Shown piece after piece: positions 1 to 13,959 of a stretch of 64,000 nucleotides of DNA. Position numbers and translations under genes: made by a program. Under the pieces are notes generated by a model. The model saw nothing but the letters and a program-made list of their open reading frames with translations, had not been told where the DNA came from and made no database searches. Origin of the DNA: Marsupella aquatica (lineage: Eukaryota > Plantae > Marchantiophyta); contig OZ316894.1 of assembly GCA_973895155.1 (NCBI GenBank), positions 21,299,867 through 21,363,866 of the forward strand. The letters are read 5' to 3'. The stretch's first letter is position 1; each line of letters starts with the position of its first letter.

Positions 1-3000
1 CCTGGATGGCGCAGTTACTTCCAACCAGGAAAAAAATGATTGTTTTGGAAAGGGAAAGTGCTATCTGAGTACAAAATAGTTTGTCTTCAGTCCAACTGGG
101 TTAAGCTGGTCCATCCAGGCATTTTGTCAAACGTTTAGGTCCAGGGGGGCTTCAGTTTCACAATGTACCTCTGGCCACGTGACTAAACTAGAGTGTAATT
201 AGTGTTGCTTTGACTTTCATAGCTTGCAACATACGTATAAGGGAGAGCTGCCATGCACGAGAGATAATGATAAAAGACAGTCAAATGGATGAAATAGAAA
301 CCCAGATAGGTTCTGGGTTTTTATAATGACTTCCCCCATCCTTTGGATAAAGTTGAGAAGTTTGAGTGTGTTCTATCTCTCTCACCAGATAGGCGATAAG
401 GTGGCATGCTGGGGCAGACTTTTGTAGCTCTCTATGTTTGGCTCTTGGTAACGTGATACAGCTTCTCTCCAGTGCTCCCATGCTCTCGAGGAGGGAGGGA
501 GAAAGGCATACAGCTGGAGACCCACCCACCACTTCTCATTTGGGTGTTGCTGATATGGAGTCCCCTCTGTCACTTGTGAACTGTTGTAGTGGACTCTAAA
601 TTGGCTCCATTGTTGTGAAATTACAAATGAAATGAGATTTTGAACTTTTTTACTCTTTCTCTGTGTCTCTCAGAAAAAAGTGGCAGGCTGATTAGGCAAT
701 TTTCACTAGCCATATATGACATGAAACAACTTTTTCTTGGCTCTGTCTGTCTCTCCAATGTTTCCATACAGTAAGGGTAGACTTTAAATATATCCTACCT
801 CCTATCAAAATTTGACCATAATTGTAGTTTATCCACAAAATTCTCAAGGCCTCTGTTAGAATTGCCCATGACTATCTTGTATGGTTTTAAGGGGCTGTAA
901 TTGTAGATATGTTCCACCAGAGCTGGAAGCTCATTTTCCATCACTCTCACTCCATCCAAGTTTGGCGTCCAATTCCTTGAGGAAGTTGGTTGACAAGCAC
1001 AGCACATGAATAGGAGTGTTATCCCTTTTACACTTCATGATCCACCAATGCGGCATGGATGACACCTCCCACTAGAATTGAACAAGAGTGGCCAAAGATA
1101 TACCTGTCAACTTTGATGGGCCTTACAAATTGCATGAGTTGCTTGATTGTAGTTTCTACTGTTCTACAATTGTAGCACCCATACCTACTTTTTTATGATT
1201 TTCTTTCCCGGTTTTAAGGGCGTTACTTGTAGACATATTCCACAAACTTCACTCCATCCAAGTGTGAAGTCCAATTCCTGGGGAAGCTGGTTGACAAGCA
1301 CAGCCCATGAATAGGAGTGCATTCCCTTTCAGACTTCATGATAGACCAATGCTGCATGGACAACACATCCCACTAGGATTGAGTGGGAATGGCAAAACTC
1401 ATACATGTCAGCTTTGGTGGCCTTAAGAATTGCATGTAAACAGCGCAAATGGAAAACCTGTTCTTGAAGGTCAGAGATTCCATGATGGCCCAAAAGACAT
1501 AACTCCTGGGATGTTTTTAAATAAAGTTTGAGAGGTTTTCGTGACTTAAAAGAAGCAAGGCATTACACTCACTAGTCAATTGGAAAGAAATTCTGCCAAG
1601 AGGTATACAGTAGCAAGAATTGATAAGTTGCATGCAATTGGATATGATGGTATAGTTGACAATGATTGTAAATATCTATCTACTCAATCATGGTTCAGGC
1701 TAAGGTGGAAGTATAATACGACCATCTTCATAGTGGATAGTATAATACGACCAAAACCTGGAAAGTTTATCCAATCACCCAATGCTCTTGTATTGATACC
1801 ATGAGGAAGCTCACAAGCAACCACACGTAACAGTTGGATATTGTGGTAAAGTAACCACAGGAGTAATGTGACTATTGGAGTATGAAATATGATTGCATGA
1901 ACATGTCCTTCCACCAAAGGAATCTTCATGTTCCAGCTGGTCCTTAAAACTATTCAACACCATGTGAGAGGGCAACAGTCTTGGAAACGGGTATTGATTT
2001 AGTCTGTCCTTCAAATCAGTTACCATTTTTAAGTTTAAGGGCCCAATACCTCGCTTGTTTAGTAACCATCTCAATAACAGGCGAATGTTTATGGAACCCC
2101 AAAATCTGTGAGGAATGCTGCAGTCTACAGCTTTTGAGGGTCAATAGCAACAATGGCCCACAACTATCTTGCCAAATCCGTGCGCTCCACTATTCACTCT
2201 TTTGCTTTTTTGAACATCTAATATCCCTCTTGAGTGTTCTCTCTTCCCACTTATCGAATCTTCCTATTCTCAGTTGAAGGGAATCGTCATTTCTAAAGGG
2301 GATTCCAATTGCCAAATGGGAAAAAGAAGGGGTTTCAATTAAAAGAAGTTCCTATACCATGTGACAAGAATCCTCGGGCCTCAAACTTTTGAGAGCCAAC
2401 ACCAACGATGATGGCCCACGATTATCCTTACAAATCTTGCACTAGTATTAAACTCCCTTGACTGCTCCCTCTTTCCATGTTTAAAACTATTTGTAAGTAA
2501 AGAAGGAACTCACTTTCCACTTTTAGAATCTTCCTATTCCCAACTTTAAAGAAGGTCTCCTAGGTTTTTGGGGTTTGCATTTGCCCTCTTCTTTTGGGTT
2601 TGGTGTTTGCCCTCTCCACCCCTCTTTACTTTTATTCCATTGTACTTTGTTTGGCTCTTTTTAGTAAGTTGGTGCTTTTTCTTCAAGATTTAGGACCCCC
2701 CTGTCCGTTAAGACCAAAAAGAAAAAGAAAAAAGAACATTTAAGGCAGGTTGAAAAGGCTATTCCTCTCAGGCAAGATTCCCGTCCTTCTCCCCCCTCAA
2801 CCCCCCACCCCCCAAACAAAAAATTAACAAACGAAGAAGATGAACACTTGATGGCAAATCAAACAAATCTTGAGGGAATTAAAGAAGTTCCTAGAACGTT
2901 GGTTTCAAAATCTATACTCTAATTTGAGATTGAAGTTTACTGTTCATGACGTGGCCATAGAGTAAAGCCATATGCCCTAATTTATTTGATAATAACAAAT

Positions 3001-6000
3001 TTTACATATTAGACAATGCTTGTGTGAATAGGGAGGGGCACCTACAGTTCAGGTAGGGGGAGCCCTTCCTGTCCATATGGCTTGAGTATCTAGCTAATAT
3101 CAACAATGAAAGAACTCACCCTTCCATCACGTAATTTAGATCCCCCAATAAGAGCGTAAAAACAAATCTAACCATCTCTGTCAATGCAAGTGGTCATAGC
3201 TCCCTCTATGAGACCCCCGAATTTCCACAGGACGAGAGGAGATTTTTCTCACTTTTGACGTTTGAGGTATAACAAGGCGACAGAAAAAACAGCCAAACAA
3301 AAGAGGGGACCGAAATCCAATCATAAAAAACCAAAAAGCAACGTAGCAATAATGCGATTCTTGTGGGAATAAACTAATGTGAATGTTAGTTGGGGAGAAA
3401 TCTTCAGCCCCGGGCCGTAAATCTCTACAGTAAATTTGGTTGTCAAACGACAAAAGCGTGGGGAAAAGCGCCTGGCCCTGGACAGCGGCGATTGGACGAG
3501 GCTTCGGAGCCGCTCGCCGATTAGCCGAGAAGATGTGACCCCACAAAGATTCCGGCCCCACCCATCCGTCCGTCCATGAGCAGGCCTCTCCATTGGCTCC
3601 GGAGTGGGGCCCGCACCCCTATCCATGGAACCGAATATATTCCGCCTACGGTTTCATCACGTGGACCCCTGCCCTTCACGCCAACGACGCCACGACAGCT
3701 GACACCTCCATCCATCATCCATCGCTCTCCCATCCATCTCTCCCCATCCATGCCTATCTTGCCCAACAGCAACAGCCCATGCATACATCAGCGTGGCCGG
3801 AAAAGGCCGAAAAAGAAATGAAAAGGAGATATAGCACATTAAAGGCAGAGAAGAGGGAATCATAATGAAAAACTGATAAAGTGGGGGAGAGAATAACGCC
3901 CATTATACGCCCCTTTGGGACCAGACGTTCTCTGGCCAAATTTTTAAGGTTTCCTTTTTTTCAGTACAGTGGAGCATTATGAACCTTCTCATCTTGTTTT
4001 AGAGAAAATTCTCTTGGACCTTTGAGTATATTACCGGTTTGTTGCCAGAGCATCATAGGCAATAATAACCCCTACAAATTGAATCTAAATATCTTATTTT
4101 TTGTGGCATTGTGGCCCACAATGCCCCTAACGCGAAGTTACTATACTCAGAGTGAAAACTTATAAAGTGGGGTAGAGAATGGCGCACCTTAACACCGTTT
4201 GGGCGCTGGAGATTCCAGACCCATTTTTAACAGTATGTCTGTTTAGCTAGAGTGGTGAACGTCACCATGTGGGTAAAGAGAAAAGGTTCAGAAGATTCCA
4301 TATTTTACATTTCTAGATTAATATTTGATCTTAGATGTAGCTAGATTTAAGATAACCATCATATTGTGGCTCATGAAGCAATCTTAAATACCTTAGATAT
4401 TTTCTCTTTGTATGTTTCTGTAATTGGAAGAGAATGCCCATTATGCAGATTTGGCCTCTGCTTGTCTCCTGGTAAAATGGGTGAAATTTTTAGAGATAGT
4501 GTGAAGAAAGGAGAAAATTTCCAGATGGTGCAAACTTCTTCTGAATTTAACGAAGTATTTGCTTGATCAATCCCCAAAATGAACTTGTTACTTGATCAAC
4601 CCCCTGAGGTCTATCAACTGTCCAGATCTGAAATTGAAAGGTCCATCAACGGTCCAAATTGGGGAAAAATATGGAGGGGGTTGATTAAGCAAACATTTTC
4701 CAGAATGGGGTCTACTAAGCATATCTTTTGTAATTTGGGTGCTGAACAGATAAGAATACATACTCCAGATGTGGACAGTGCATTATCAAATTCCTCCGTT
4801 ACCTTTACTAAAATTGTAGAAATATAAGTCTCTTAGGCAGCTAAGTGTATTAACACCCGTTACCATGGCATTATGGGCAAGAATAGCCCCTCATAACTGA
4901 AACTACAGCCCTCGTTTTTGGAGGCTTTATGGCCCATAAAGCCATGTTACGAGGACATGTCTAGATTCAAAAAGGCTAGCTTAACCAAAATAGCAAGAAA
5001 TTCTGGCCCACTTTAAAAAACGCTGACATGACCCTCTGTGGGCCTCAGATGGTGGGGCCTCGTAGATCTCCATCCTCTCAGAAGAGTTTGAGGGCTCCAT
5101 GAGCACAAGGGTTAGGAACTTAGGTTGGTTTCCAACCACAGCACATATTGAGGTTCACCTATTGCTGGGCCCTCATTTGCTCTTACTACGCTGCAGACAC
5201 CAGCTTTTTGGTGGCAAATATTGGTCGTATAAGGGGGTGGGGCACCCCCAACCCGATTTGACTGATTGGTGGGGTTTCCCAGAAAAGACTGTTTGCTGTG
5301 AATATTTTTTTAAGGTGGGATGATTGCTGGTGAGGAATAATGGCTTTCACCCAGAACAAGTGTCAACACACGAGAGTTAGTCTTTGCAATGATTTACCTG
5401 TCATTTTAAGTTTTCATTTGGTTTTTTATTTGAATGTGTGCTTTCAGGCCTGTCTGGAATATTCTGTTGTAAAGTGAACGACCTTTAACTAGTGTAATGC
5501 TCAAAGAAACAAAGTGAGTGGCATTTTAGTGAGTAGGGCAGTGAAATGCATACCGTGTTTCGTTAGAGCTAAATTTTATATAGCACAGTTTTATACAACA
5601 CACTGCCAAATAACAAAAATTGTCAAACATGTTGACCAAATCCCAAACGCAGGAGACCCATTGATGGGAAAAATAAGGGATAAAACCCAGGAAGACCAAA
5701 TAGCTAAAAATCCCAAGAGACACATTGGTGAAGGAATAAAGCCATACTCAGCAATAAACTGAAGAGCCTGGTAAGCTCAGGAGTAAACTTCTTTCGAGGG
5801 TCACCAAGAGAAATTTATCTAGAGGCCCTAAAAGCAATAGCCTTGACCGTCCGCAAGACGATGAATGCATGAGCCCTTAGTTCAGAAAATTTGTCACAAG
5901 GCTCAAAGCATGTTAGACCCTTCCATGTCTGGGGTTTTGCCTATGAGTTTGCCTGATGAAACACGGTCTGGCTCAAGGCCCTAGGGCACTCATTCTTGAA

Positions 6001-9000
6001 AATGCCCTCCATAGATCTCATTACCTTACAATTCACTCAGAAAGGCTACACATGAAGAGAGTCAAATCTGGTATCTGGATTGACTTACCTATTTATTTCT
6101 TCTAGTGTCTAGGGTGTGTTTGCTCTGGAAACTGGTAGTGAGTGGAGGTCTGGACAAAATAGAAGACCAAGCCCAAAATCAGGTGAATTTGTTTTGAGAG
6201 AGTTACCATATCAGAAAAAACAATGAAAGCAAACTATGGGCCCAAATGCTCACACAACTTGCAAGCGTGTGAGATGGAACTAGTGATGTCAATGGCTAAC
6301 AACTTGAAGAAGCACAGCACAAACTAAGCACTAAATTCTCTATTGCATACTTTAGGAACTCCTTTTCAATGCCATCAACATGTGATGTTGTCCCTTAGAG
6401 AAAATTGAAGCATACACTAAGACAGGCCGTAATCTTCCTTTGCCTTTTTTTTCTTGTGTGGTTTTTGTTCTCTTTGGACCTCTCTTACTTCATTGTACTT
6501 GGGAATAGATTATGGTTATTCCTTTTTTACTTTGACATCGTCTTTGATGTGTTGAACTGTGACGTCATCTTTCATGACAATACAATCATGACTCATATCA
6601 TGTTCACGTAGTCGACACAATCCATACATGATTCACCTCTTCTCCAAGGCTCTGTCCACACAAACACTCCAACTTTACTTCAGAGTAGTCGAACACACAA
6701 GCTCTCTTTGTCTCTCTCAACTCGGTTCATTACAATGAGCAAGCACACTGTACCAGTGGCTTACACTAGCCCTGGTATATGCAAGGTCACACACGACCTA
6801 ACCTCAGCTAAGTCCCTAATTGTGGTTAGTTTAATTGCCGTAACCTATGAGTCACAAGACTAGAACAATCCTTAACATGATGAAATGCTGCACTCTTCCT
6901 TTCATAAACTGAAATATGGAATCCATTTGAATATTGATACCATCTAGATCTGGAACATTGAGTTTTGGCATGCTCTGTATTGCCTTCAGTATCTATTCTT
7001 GCATTATCTGAGCCAAAATGTTGTTTGAGAGAGCTGTTTTTTGAACTTGGACAGAAGCACCTGTTGACTAATCTGAAATTCAGAGTTGTAGATTGGAGAC
7101 CCCACACCTGTGTTAGCAATCTAGAGCTTTTGCAGTTGGCCCTGGACATTGTTTGGCTGGGAACTTGGCAATTTGCTTCCCCTCAACCATTGACCAACAG
7201 CATGGTAGATGTCCTACTTCTGTCATGCCTAGTATTTATATCAATACTGTTTTGGGTCAGGGTGGGGCAAAGATCAGGAGAGCATAGAGTAGCCATTTTG
7301 TTTCGTGTATTCTGCAAGAAATTATGAGCAAACGCAAGCTGTCCCCTTTGCTTTGGGAGTCTAGTTTTTTATATGTTCATCTATGCACCACAATATGAAA
7401 TCCTCCTCTTTCTTCTCATGTCTTCTTACCAATTGCCATTATGATAGGAAGCTTCCTTGAACCTTCTATTATTGTGACATCTTTGCATAACCATGAGATT
7501 GACCTAAAGGTGTCATTGTGGGGACTTTCATGCTGATCCCTCACTCTTCCTGTAGCGCACACACTTTTTGAAATCCACTTGTCAGGATCACTGGCCCACT
7601 GTCTGGCCATCACCTACACTCAATAACACTTTTGCTCAACATCGTTTAATTGTGACAATACTCTGCAATGCCCCAGTGTTGGGCTAGCCAAACATGAAGC
7701 ATAAAATGAAGAAGGGCTTGACATAAATATTACTTTATTAACAGTTTTGACGGGTAGAGTCTTCACCCTCACACCATCACCTCCCCCATGTGCCCAATGG
7801 GCTAGTGGCTGATTACCTTCCTTCTTGGGAATAGCCAAGGAAAGCACACGAGAGGGCCGATTTGAGTCGTCAACAGTTATGGCTCAAATTACGAGAGAGC
7901 AGGAAAATCTACAGTGCTAAATATCTAAAAGGTTCCAACCAAGATCTCGATCAGCAACCCTGTGTGTTTAATCTAATGTTATTGTTCGAAATGTTAGTAT
8001 TGGGGATGGTTGAGGCCAAAAAATCTCGAAATGCAAAGCACTAACATCCAATGGGGAAATTTATTTAGGTCGGGAATCCATCCTACTTGGTAGCTAGAAT
8101 AGCTAGTCCTCTAGTAGGCTGGCCAAGTCATAAAAGCTGGCCCAGCTAAAAGTTTGTCCCCAATCAAGAATAGACACCTACTATAGGTAAGTCAAGGGAG
8201 ATAGCTACAGTCAGTTGATCGTCATTTGAAGAATCTTTTTTTGTTGGTTTTCCTTTATTTCCTGCTTTACATCGTCCCCAAATTATAGACCACTCTGGTA
8301 AGGGAATCTCTGTAATGAATGTCGATGGCCTCCTTTGTCCCAACCAACCAACCAATAAACCAATTTTCCTGATAATCCCTGGTTTGGGAACAGCTTCATT
8401 AATTAATTTAGTGTTTCATGATGTGCCCCACCCAGTCAACTTTGAAGCCAAGTCCAAGGTGGCGGTATTTTATGGAAGATTGGTAGGGCCTCCCATCTCT
8501 CCACCTCTCGTCCATCCCTATCCCTAGTCCTCGATAATCTGTGTACCACGAGATGTGGGGGCCGCCCCCAACACTGCATATCAAAATGTGGGAGAAAATC
8601 AGTCAGATTTTGTTTGGTTCATCGAATTAATTAATTTTGTTGACCAGAAGGGTTGCCCCCATATTTTGCAACATGTTTTGGAGTGCCCTCCCGTCTAACG
8701 AATAATAAAGCTAAGTAAGGGACAAGTGAAAAAATTCTGTCGTTCTGGTCCTCCTTTGTGGTCCTCATTCCCTTTGTAGGAATTTGGGGACCCAAGTTCG
8801 AAGTGCCAGGTTTGGCCCCTCCTAAACATGACAGAACATACTTTGTTCCTCAGTACTAGTAGACCGTGAATTAATTAATTCACTCAATCCTGTCTCCCTC
8901 TCGCCTTCCAACAAAAATCCTGCACTGGAGTCTGCCTTCCTACAAATCTGCACATAATTAGTTACCTTGCAAATTCTCAAATCTGGCAATTATTATCCAG

Positions 9001-9760
9001 AAACACCACAAGAAATACAAAAACAAGATGTATATTATAATGTCAACATAACAATTGGAGTTAAAATGGCTCATCCTTAGTCCCTTGTCTAATTTTTACT
9101 GTGCTATTCAAATAGTTTTCAAGGTTTAGTTATTTAAACCTGTTAGCGGGAACCCAGAAAATGTGAGTAGCAGGAGCTCTGAATCCTGAATTTTAAAAAA
9201 CCAAATTGTAATCAACTGAGGGACTCTACCAAGGTCACATGTGAAAGACAGTAGCACATCTAACTTGCCGCACTTAGGTGTTGTGCCAGCAATTGTATGA
9301 ATGCTACACATTTTTACAATGTGGATCCAAGAAATCAAGAAAGCAGGAAAACATAGTCAAAGAACAAATGAGAGAGAATAATGGTGGTGCAATGCATGTG
9401 GACATCCATGTGGTCCATAGTGGTCAATGTATCTAGACACTAAATTGTTCTCCACTACTATTGACTTTAGGATGCAGCATATGGCAACTCGTGAGGGTAT
9501 ACGCTATTTCCTCCACAACCACCTTTCCAGTATCAACCAGCACATAGAAACTGAACTTGTAGTATAGCTGATTTTTTTGAAGCTGCTAAAATGGTGAATG
9601 CAACTTTCAGTATTTTGTCTTATTCAAAATTCTTTTGTTATGAATTTTTATTTCAATGTGTCTTACCAAGGTGCATCCCTTGTATAGTTTAGATTTCCAA
9701 TTTATTCTGGCACCCCTCTAATTTTTTTAAATCTTTGCTATATTTTAAGATCATCCACCC

Positions 9761-10119
9761 TGTCATGCCGAGGGACAGTGCCTCTTATGCACATTGGCAT
9801 GTCCCTCGCCTGCCCGCTAGGTATGTAGTTAGGGCTAGTGTACTACCTGAGTTAGCGACATGTTCTTGTAGCAAGTCTGGGCCGTTCTTGAAGCAAATGT
9901 GCTTGTTAGTGTGACGTCAGGACTTTGCTTGCTTAGGGCATGTCTTTCTTTGTTGGTTTTCAGTTCTTCTTGAATCACTGTTGACAGAGCTCAGACAGTG
10001 CTCGTCGGTTCCGTACACGGGATTCACATAGTGATTCGTTAGATGCTCCCGGCCGATCTTGGCATCCTGCCGGTTTTCGATTCAATTTCAGTACAATTGT
10101 TTCTCTTACGCCTTTTATT
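9761..10119 (+). repeat. Terminal repeat A1 (359 bp; inferred downstream U3-R-U5 part of the LTR)
   Basis: Direct repeat of 18719-19077 (about 11 transitions by eye) and of 47696-48058. Confidence 0.95.
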
Positions 10120-10131
10120 CAAGAAGAACTG
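10117..10131 (+). promoter_or_regulatory. Primer-binding site complementary to the element's own LTR (Tf1-like self-priming PBS)
   Basis: ATTCAAGAAGAACTG at the end of A1 is the exact reverse complement of CAGTTCTTCTTGAAT at 9961-9975. No TGG-starting tRNA PBS is present. Confidence 0.75.
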
Positions 10132-11569
10132 TCGAGTTAGCGGTGAGGAGAAGAAGATTGCTCGTGGCGATTTCGACAATTTCTGGTGAAGCTGGTGCAA
10201 TTTCTATGGAAAAACGCTGAGCGATGGGGTGGAAGTTATGACTTTAAGTGTATACACTTAAGTATCAGTGTATACACTTAAGTCAAACAAGCCCCCCTCC
10301 CTCGTTTTCCTTTGTGTTTTTGCCCAGGCTTTTCTTTTCCGGCCGCAACCTGTTTCGCGACTTGCTGTTATCGATTGCTGCATCGACGCTGATTGCACAG
10401 GGCGCACCCGCGCTTGCATTTTTAACGACCTCTTTGGGGCCCTTTTTCGTTTACCGGCCACGACTGCCTCTGCCACCGCGCGCCCCTTTTCTTTCGTCCT
10501 TTTTCGCCTTGCCAAGCCTCGAAGTTCCTCCCTCCGTTTGTTTTCCTGCCTTTATCTCGCAGGCTGTGCGTACAGGGCATTGTGCCTCCCACTGCCAGCA
10601 TTTAATTAAGGAGAGGAGGGGGAGCAAGTACAAGCCGGGAGTCGAGGAGAAGGCACGGAGGCCTATGAGCATTAAAGCAGGGGGGAGGGGGGAGCCGAGG
10701 CTGGAACGCAAGGAGAGGAGGGGGACTGGCAGGAGCGAGTGTGCCAGGAGAGGGCACGAGGCCCTATGCTGAATTAAAGAGGGGAGGGGGAGTTCACATT
10801 CAATTCCCTTCTCGGGAGGCCCACAGTGCATTAATGAAGGGGGGGAGTTTACGTAGACTCCTTTCGAGAGTCCTCTTGCAGGGCACGAGGCCCTTTCACA
10901 ACATTAAAGAAAAGGGGGGGGGGGTACAATCGACTCCCTTCTCTCGAGAGTACTTTGGGAGCTCATACGGAGGGGGCGCGAAGCCCTATGCAGGGCTCGT
11001 GCCATTAAGAGGGCCCGGTTTCTTTTGCCCTCGCCTCGCCTTGGCTTTTCTCCTCTTTCCGGCCACCTGCGAGCCTGCCTCAACTATTTTCCCCTTTTTC
11101 GGCCTTTCTCGTTTTGTTTTTTTTTGCCGCGCCACGATTGACCTGCTGCCAGTTCCCGGGTCCACATATGGTCGATGTGTATACACTTACGGGGGCCCCT
11201 TTCACGTGTTGTAGGGCCCATTTCTTTCCCTTTGCTCTTGCTTTGTTCTCGACTACCTGCATAGGGCACCGTGCCGATCGGTCCTTCCTTTTTTGGGTCC
11301 ACATAGGGGCCCAACGTATACACTTTAAAGGGGCCCAATGTATACACTTAAGGGGGCCCCTATTCATGTTTTCAAGGGCCCATTCTTCCGGGATTTCTTT
11401 GTTGCCACCACATGTCATCTGCATAGACTTTGACAGTTTCTCAGCGCTTACACATTCTACACATTGCTGCCTTGCACCGTTTGTTTCCTTTGTGGGTTTT
11501 ATTTCTTAGCGTTGGGGCTGCCACTCCTTTTTCTTGTCAATTTCTTTCCCATTGGCACCCCGAGTGAGC

Positions 11570-13561
11570 ATGCAGCATGTCAGCCGACGAGCCAGGAGGT
11601 AGCAGCTCATCACCACCAACACCCCGGTACCACTTACGAAGTGATCCACGACCCTTGGTGCCAATTTCATTGGAGTCTCGGCAATTTTGACGACGTCCGC
11701 AGACAGCAGCAACACCCACACCACGCAATCCTTCTGCTCAATTTGGCGGTCGCTTCACCACTACCCCGAAGACTGCTATCACTTCCTTGCCATTTACCCC
11801 TTCTACATCAGTGGTTGTTCCAGATTCACCGACATACAACATGATGCTAGCCACTCATCTGGCCGCATTGAGCGCTTCAGCGGGCGGCCAGGCACTGTTT
11901 CTTTGCGTGAGTTCAAATCCACTTTCTACACTATCGTTTACAAATTGGAGTTGAAGTACGGCAGCAATTTCACAAATACTTTTGCATTTAAGCAGCTAGC
12001 CAGGTATGTGCACCATGAGGCTTTGGATGTGTATGAGCAGCACTCTCAACGGTTGCTTGTTGTCACACAATTGCCTAATCCTATCTATGCTAGTGCAATT
12101 GCAGTTGCCTCACAACTGGCATTACAGAATGCCATTGCAACCCATGCTGCTGCTCCTCCTACTTCCCCTCCTACTCTAGTTCCTACCACTGTGCCAGTTA
12201 CTCCCACTGTCTTGGCACAGGCTACATCAGGCATTTCTCCCACTATTGATTCTCCTGCCTTTGCTGATCCAGTGGCTGAGTTTTTCCAGGTTTTCGAATT
12301 GGAATTCCTAATCAAGAGTGCTGACAAAATCATGCAGTTGGCTACCTTTGTAAGGCAGCGCGATGAAACATTGAAGATGATGTATCGCCGGCTTCTCAAG
12401 CTGAAGGAGGACACCCAGAGCATCACTGACCTGGAGGCTGCGCATCGCTATCTTCGTGCATTGGAGGGCACACCAGCTCTCCATTCGCAAGTGTTGCAGC
12501 AAGTATTCTCAGAGTTTGGAGACAGCTATGCATTGCTCAATGTCTATGACACTGCTGAGAAACTTGAGTTGGCCCATGCACATTATGAGGCCAGTATTGC
12601 ACGTCCACCGCGATCCAGGTACCAGGCTGCTGCCCCTACATTGGCCACCCCTTCCCGTGTGGTACAATATGGTTCCAAGACCAAGCCAGCACATGCTGCT
12701 TTCATGCTGTCATCTTGCAACTACTGTGGTAACCCCAATCACAAGGCTAATGAATGTGATATTGTTGCTGAGGATCTGTCTTATGATTTTTGCGGGAAAG
12801 TGAGTCACTTGGAAGCAGTTTGTTTTGCCAAATTCCCACAGAGGAAGCAGCTACGATAACAGGCCACTCATCCTGCTCCTGTTTCCACTCCCCCACCAGC
12901 TAGGAGGGCTCCTATTGCATCAGCTACTCCTCCTTCCAATGGCAAAGCACCTGGTGCCAACAAATTGCCCAAGCAACAACAGAAGCAACCAGCTCAGAAG
13001 GAGGCTCACAATGCACAGGCAACTCAACTCCAGTCTCTGACTCATGAGGTTGAGTCCTTACGTGCCCAACTTGCCAATATCAAAGGCAAGTCAACTGCCT
13101 CTGCTGGTCCTTCTCAACCGGCTGGTCACGTGCAACCCATCCCTGGCTTAGGCACCACTGACAGTTCAGCACCTCTACCCCGCTCTTTCTATGGCTTGCC
13201 ATTTGATGCTCATATGGGTGAGTGTGTGTTGTCCTCTGCTACACAGCCTGGCCTTACGGCAGAATTTTCAGATTCATTCTGCCCTTCCTATTTTGCTTAC
13301 CAGCAGGCCAATGCTGCTTCCCGTACTGCTCCCACACGCCGCATTGTACAGGCTGATGGTCTTGCTGTTGGTCCTATGACTAGAGCCAGGGGAGCTCGGG
13401 CTGTCATGCCCCAATCCTTTCAGCCACTCACACTTGCTGAAGAGCGCACCTTGTTGACAAGGGGGGAGGGAGCTGCAGCTACATCCATTCCACCACCAGG
13501 TGCTGCTGACATTTCATAGGGAGTTGTTTCTCCTTAGCTGCTTGAGCATTTCACCTCCGGT
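11570..13561 (+). pseudogene. gag: Gag region of the retrotransposon polyprotein (capsid-like domain, CCHC zinc knuckles, Pro/Ala-rich linker) with in-frame stops
   Basis: ORFs 11687-12859, 12965-13519 and 13562-14917 share one frame, which also holds the ATG at 11570. Knuckles are CNYCGNPNHKANEC and (C>Y)DFCGKVSHLEAVC. Confidence 0.8.
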
Positions 13562-13959
13562 ATGGCACAAAGGATTCTTACAACTCCACTTTTCAGTTGC
13601 CATGATTTACAGCTGGATGCTAGAGCTATCATCAGAGCGCTAGAGGGCTCACTGCATTCTTCATCAGCCCCTGTGACACCAGTTTTGGAGGTCCAATCTC
13701 ATGTACATACTAGACCTTCTTCTTCTCCATTACATGCTTCCACTAGTTTGGCTATCCTAGTACCAATTTCCAGTGGTAGCGATGACAGTATTGCTGCAGA
13801 TTGTGTGACCAGAGCTACACTGGATTCTGGTCATACTGCTCCATCTTTCTTGACTATGTTGTTGAGTGGAAAGACTGTGGATACTAACTCCCTTCACAAG
13901 ATACCTCATCATCTGCCAAAAGTGGTGCCTAGTGACAGGACTTCAGTTTCCACCACCAT

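Noticed and set aside
10248-11509. Overlapping ORFs of 85-174 aa in the retrotransposon 5' region
   Set aside because: Low-complexity GC-rich UTR, alternative start codons, no domain motifs, and not conserved in copy 2.
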